Of a stretch of 64,000 nucleotides of DNA, positions 61,365-64,000 are shown in pieces (within the stretch, counting starts at the first letter, position 1; the number at the start of each line of letters is the position of its first letter). The stretch spans positions 7,995 to 71,994 of the forward strand of contig CAZMHM010000005.1 of the NCBI GenBank assembly GCA_964566135.1. Direction: 5' to 3'. This DNA comes from an uncultured Candidatus Saccharibacteria bacterium (GTDB taxonomy: Bacteria > Patescibacteriota > Saccharimonadia > Saccharimonadales > CAIOMD01). Both the position numbers and the translations under genes were made by a program. The notes below the pieces were generated by a model. It saw only the letters and a list, made by a program, of their open reading frames with translations, ran no database searches and was not told the DNA's origin.

Positions 61365-63110
61365 CTACTCTTTCTTTAACAGATTATTGAATTGGTCTAG
61401 CAATTCGTCGACGCGCGCTTCATCTCCGGACGCTTCGGCGGTTCGAATTGCTTCTGTTAGTTCTAGTTTTTGTTCTTTTTGATATTTCCGTGTTAATTTG
61501 TGAATTAAATCTCGGAGCTCCCTCAGCCGCTCATTGGCGCCGAAACTGTTATAGAGCTCTTCTGCTTTGAATAATAGTATTTTGACATAGTCTTCGACAT
61601 CTTTCAAATCTTCGGGGATTTCATCGTTTAAAGATACGTGCGGATTTGCCTCTACAAACTCATACACTCGCTGACGTTCGGGGGTATTAAAGATGAGTCG
61701 CTGGTTTTCTGTCTCGAGTAAACGGCGAGAAATAGGATATGACACCAACAGGCTCAGTAGCTGATCTTCATACATATATGGATCATTGCCGACGTGTTCG
61801 ACATTGTGAACCTTAGAGCGCTTGATGGGTGACGTCCCCTCGCCCTTTAACGTTTTGAGCTTACTACGGATTGCCGCTTCACTCACACCAGTGGTTTCGG
61901 CAAGTTTTAGTAGATAGTGATCTTGCTCGACACTATCTTCTAGTCGTGAAATTGTCTGTAGCAGTACATCCGAAAAAGCACGTTTGCCGTGTGCCGTCGT
62001 AATATCGTAAACCGTGCTGTATCGTTCGATAAGCCAGTCGAGTGCGTATTGCTGATTGTGCATGGCTTTTTCCCATAATGCCGGGTCGGTTTGAATAAGT
62101 TCGTCTGGGTCTTTGCCCTCTGTCACTGTAATAATCGAAAGTTGCACACCAACGCCCTGCGCTACGGAAATTGCGCGTTCGGCTGCGGCAATACCTGCCC
62201 TGTCTTGATCGAAGCTCAATCGAATATCGCTCGTAAAACGCTGGAGAGTTTTTAAATGATACGGCGTTAATGCTGTTCCCGCCGACGCCACAACATTGGC
62301 ATAGCCGGCTTGATGGCTCGCAATCACATCAAGATTTCCCTCTACTACAACCACAAATCCTGCCCGCCGAATTGCATCTTTGGCTAGGTGCAAGCCAAAA
62401 ACATGACGGCTTTTGTCGTACAACAACGTCTGCGGTGTATTAATATACTTCGGAGCATCCGGTTCATCGGCTAATATGCGCGCCGTAAAACCAATCGGTG
62501 AACCTTGCGCGTCGGTAAGCGGAATCATAATGCGCCCCCGGAACATATCCGCTGGCCCACGATATCGTTGGGCAGATAGACCTGCCAGCTTGATTGCGGC
62601 CTCATCGAATCCGCGCTTTTTCAGAAAATCCATCAGTGCAGTGCCATTATGCGGCGCGTAGCCTAGGCGAAAATCATTAAGCGTCTGCTTGTTAAACTTA
62701 CGCTTTTTTATAACGTAATCGAGTGCATCTTGGTTCTTTAGTAATGTCTGTTGATAATACTTAGTTGCGAGTTCTAGTGCTTCGAGTGCTTTATCTTTTT
62801 GCTGGCGCGCCTTGCCATCACCCTTTTGGTACAAACTTAAATCAACCCCAGCCTTGCGAGCCAGAATCTCAAGTGCGCCCCTAAAATCGACACCTTCCAT
62901 CTCCATGACAAAGCTAAACATGTTGCCACCCTTGCCACTGCTAAAGTCGTGCCAAATTTGCTTTTCTGGGCTGACCATAAAGCTTGGGCTGCGTTCGGCA
63001 TTAAACGGCGAGAGACCCTTGAAGTTGCGCCCAGCTCGCTTAAGCTCAACGTATTCGCCAACAACATCTTCTATTGCCAGCCTACCTTTAATGTCTTCAA
63101 CCGCATCCAT
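61365..63110 (-). CDS. dnaG: DNA primase DnaG with a degenerate (Cys-less) zinc-ribbon region
   Basis: [17 protein letters not shown]-polymerase-domain motifs (FRGRIMIPL) and an N-terminal ...[32 protein letters not shown]. The start is set at ATG 63110 ([10 protein letters not shown]). Confidence 0.88.
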   Translation of the reverse strand: MDAVEDIKGRLAIEDVVGEYVELKRAGRNFKGLSPFNAERSPSFMVSPEKQIWHDFSSGKGGNMFSFVMEMEGVDFRGALEILARKAGVDLSLYQKGDGKARQQKDKALEALELATKYYQQTLLKNQDALDYVIKKRKFNKQTLNDFRLGYAPHNGTALMDFLKKRGFDEAAIKLAGLSAQRYRGPADMFRGRIMIPLTDAQGSPIGFTARILADEPDAPKYINTPQTLLYDKSRHVFGLHLAKDAIRRAGFVVVVEGNLDVIASHQAGYANVVASAGTALTPYHLKTLQRFTSDIRLSFDQDRAGIAAAERAISVAQGVGVQLSIITVTEGKDPDELIQTDPALWEKAMHNQQYALDWLIERYSTVYDITTAHGKRAFSDVLLQTISRLEDSVEQDHYLLKLAETTGVSEAAIRSKLKTLKGEGTSPIKRSKVHNVEHVGNDPYMYEDQLLSLLVSYPISRRLLETENQRLIFNTPERQRVYEFVEANPHVSLNDEIPEDLKDVEDYVKILLFKAEELYNSFGANERLRELRDLIHKLTRKYQKEQKLELTEAIRTAEASGDEARVDELLDQFNNLLKKE

Positions 63111-63201
63111 ACTATCGTAATTGTACACGTATATAGGGTAAACAAGCACAAGCGCTGGATAACAACGGTAAAATTAGCTATGCTGTAAGGACATAAGCAC
63201 T

Positions 63202-63798
63202 ATGGCACCAAATCAACAAAATCCATACGAATTCATACTAGCTGACGCGCCAAAAAAGCGAGGCTTCAATTTTAGTGGTGGCAATTCAACAAAAACCCGT
63301 GCTATCCAAATGCTGATAGTTGTTGCAGTCGTGCTTATTATTGGCATTATTCTTTTTAGCGTACTTTCAAGTAGTGGTAAGGGTAGTGTTGAAAATGAAT
63401 ACAAGCTCGCCGCCGCACAATTAGATATTATCGATATCACAAAAGATGGCGCGACAAATATCAGAGGCGCCCAACTGGCCCGACAATCTGCAACTACAAA
63501 TATCGTCGTCGTTAGCCAAAACAACGATGTGAATAAACACCTTGCGGGTACTGGCAACAAAAAGCCGACCAAGCAAATTACTGCATTTCGTGTAAAAACG
63601 TATAGTAAAACCCTTGAAGATGCGAAAAAGAACGGTAATTACGACGAAGTATATACCGCCCTGCTCGCTAATAGGCTCGATGATTACCGAGCAAAACTAC
63701 AACTTGCTTACGGGACAGCAGCTGGCACAAAGTACAAAGCGCAGCTATCTGATTTTTATCAGCAGCTCAATATTATTTCGCCCGCAGCGACAAACTAG
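63202..63798 (+). CDS. Membrane-anchored hypothetical protein
   Basis: 198 aa with TM helix AIQMLIVVAVVLIIGIILFSVL followed by a soluble domain. Confidence 0.5.
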   Translation: MAPNQQNPYEFILADAPKKRGFNFSGGNSTKTRAIQMLIVVAVVLIIGIILFSVLSSSGKGSVENEYKLAAAQLDIIDITKDGATNIRGAQLARQSATTNIVVVSQNNDVNKHLAGTGNKKPTKQITAFRVKTYSKTLEDAKKNGNYDEVYTALLANRLDDYRAKLQLAYGTAAGTKYKAQLSDFYQQLNIISPAATN

Positions 63799-64000
63799 CC
63801 CGCGGTAACAAGATTATAGCTATGCACTATGAACCCTTGGATTTCTTCCCAGGGTAATTGTCCGGTTAGAATAACAGTATTCCAGTGCTTTTTGTTTAAA
63901 TGATAGCCGGGTAATACGGTCTCGTATTTTTCACGTAACAACACCGCGAGCTGCGGGTCACATTTTACGCTCAGACGTATCGGGTCAGAACCTTCCGCAA
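63795..64000 (-). CDS. MmcQ/YjbR-family protein, 3' part (gene continues beyond the window)
   Basis: My translation of the minus strand gives ...LREKYETVLPGYHLNKKHWNTVILTGQLPWEEIQGFIVHSYNLVTAG*, where PGYHLNKKHWNTV is the YjbR signature. It is not in the ORF track because it is truncated. Confidence 0.6.
   Translation of the reverse strand, partial: AEGSDPIRLSVKCDPQLAVLLREKYETVLPGYHLNKKHWNTVILTGQLPWEEIQGFIVHSYNLVTAG

Noticed and set aside
63795-63798. Convergent genes whose stop codons overlap in the palindrome CTAG.
   Set aside because: This is a trivial consequence of tight packing, and no hairpin or regulatory structure surrounds it.
1-64000. Search for tRNA, rRNA, tmRNA or CRISPR arrays and for transposase or integrase genes, especially at the island borders.
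   Set aside because: T-loop-like GGTTCGA/GTTCGAA strings occur only inside CDSs (near 3505, 41885 and 46012). I saw no regularly spaced direct repeats. No ORF has recombinase motifs, and no direct repeats flank 12006..15239.

Overview
Dense, strongly strand-biased bacterial window: about 55 of roughly 62 CDSs are on the minus strand. It holds no rRNA, tRNA, CRISPR array or recognisable transposase. The gene content looks like a small-genome monoderm of the Saccharibacteria (TM7/CPR) type. This lineage call is inference only, since I have no 16S sequence and cannot run a database search.

Gene content from start to end:
- 1..10.8 kb: a secretin-less type IV pilus operon (pilM-N-O-x-pilB-pilT-pilC-pilA), preceded by an 853-aa secreted protein and a membrane protein.
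- 10.9..12.0 kb: ychF.
- 12.0..15.2 kb: an abrupt high-G+C island with two surface-protein genes, one LPXTG-anchored.
- 15.2..34 kb: housekeeping genes (tlyA, efp, rpsF-ssb-rpsR, ftsK, RNase J, UDG, pnp, rpsO, truB, rpsT, holA, mutM).
- 34..45 kb: a run of small hydrolase and accessory genes (alpha/beta hydrolases, HAD, two Nudix, dut, lysA-like, rnhA, CcdA plus thioredoxin, GNAT, DUF457-like, CAP/SCP, TPR-TM).
- 45..51 kb: polA, a WhiB-like regulator, and two large unknown proteins.
- 52..55.5 kb: a TrmB-like regulator flanked by two distant paralogues.
- 55.5..59.7 kb: a four-gene carotenoid operon (crtE-crtI-crtB-fused crtY).
- 59.7..64 kb: a P-loop kinase, rpoD, dnaG, a membrane-anchored protein and a partial YjbR-like gene.

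Most interesting observations:
1. The un-ameliorated GC-rich island encodes secreted and sortase-anchored proteins. Each gene sits behind a native-style AT-rich promoter, and the two leaders share a motif.
2. Further actinobacterial-flavoured content sits in an otherwise reduced genome: WhiB, and carotenoid genes with a fused CrtYc/Yd-type cyclase.
3. A highly stereotyped promoter (ATTGACAAAA...TGCTAAT) recurs, and several genes have leaderless-type promoter-to-ATG geometry.
4. Odd housekeeping variants are present: DnaG with all four zinc ligands replaced, EF-P with Arg at the loop tip, polA without a canonical start codon, and S20 with an H1-like tail.

All functional calls rest on motifs I could read in the translated ORFs. 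No similarity search was possible.
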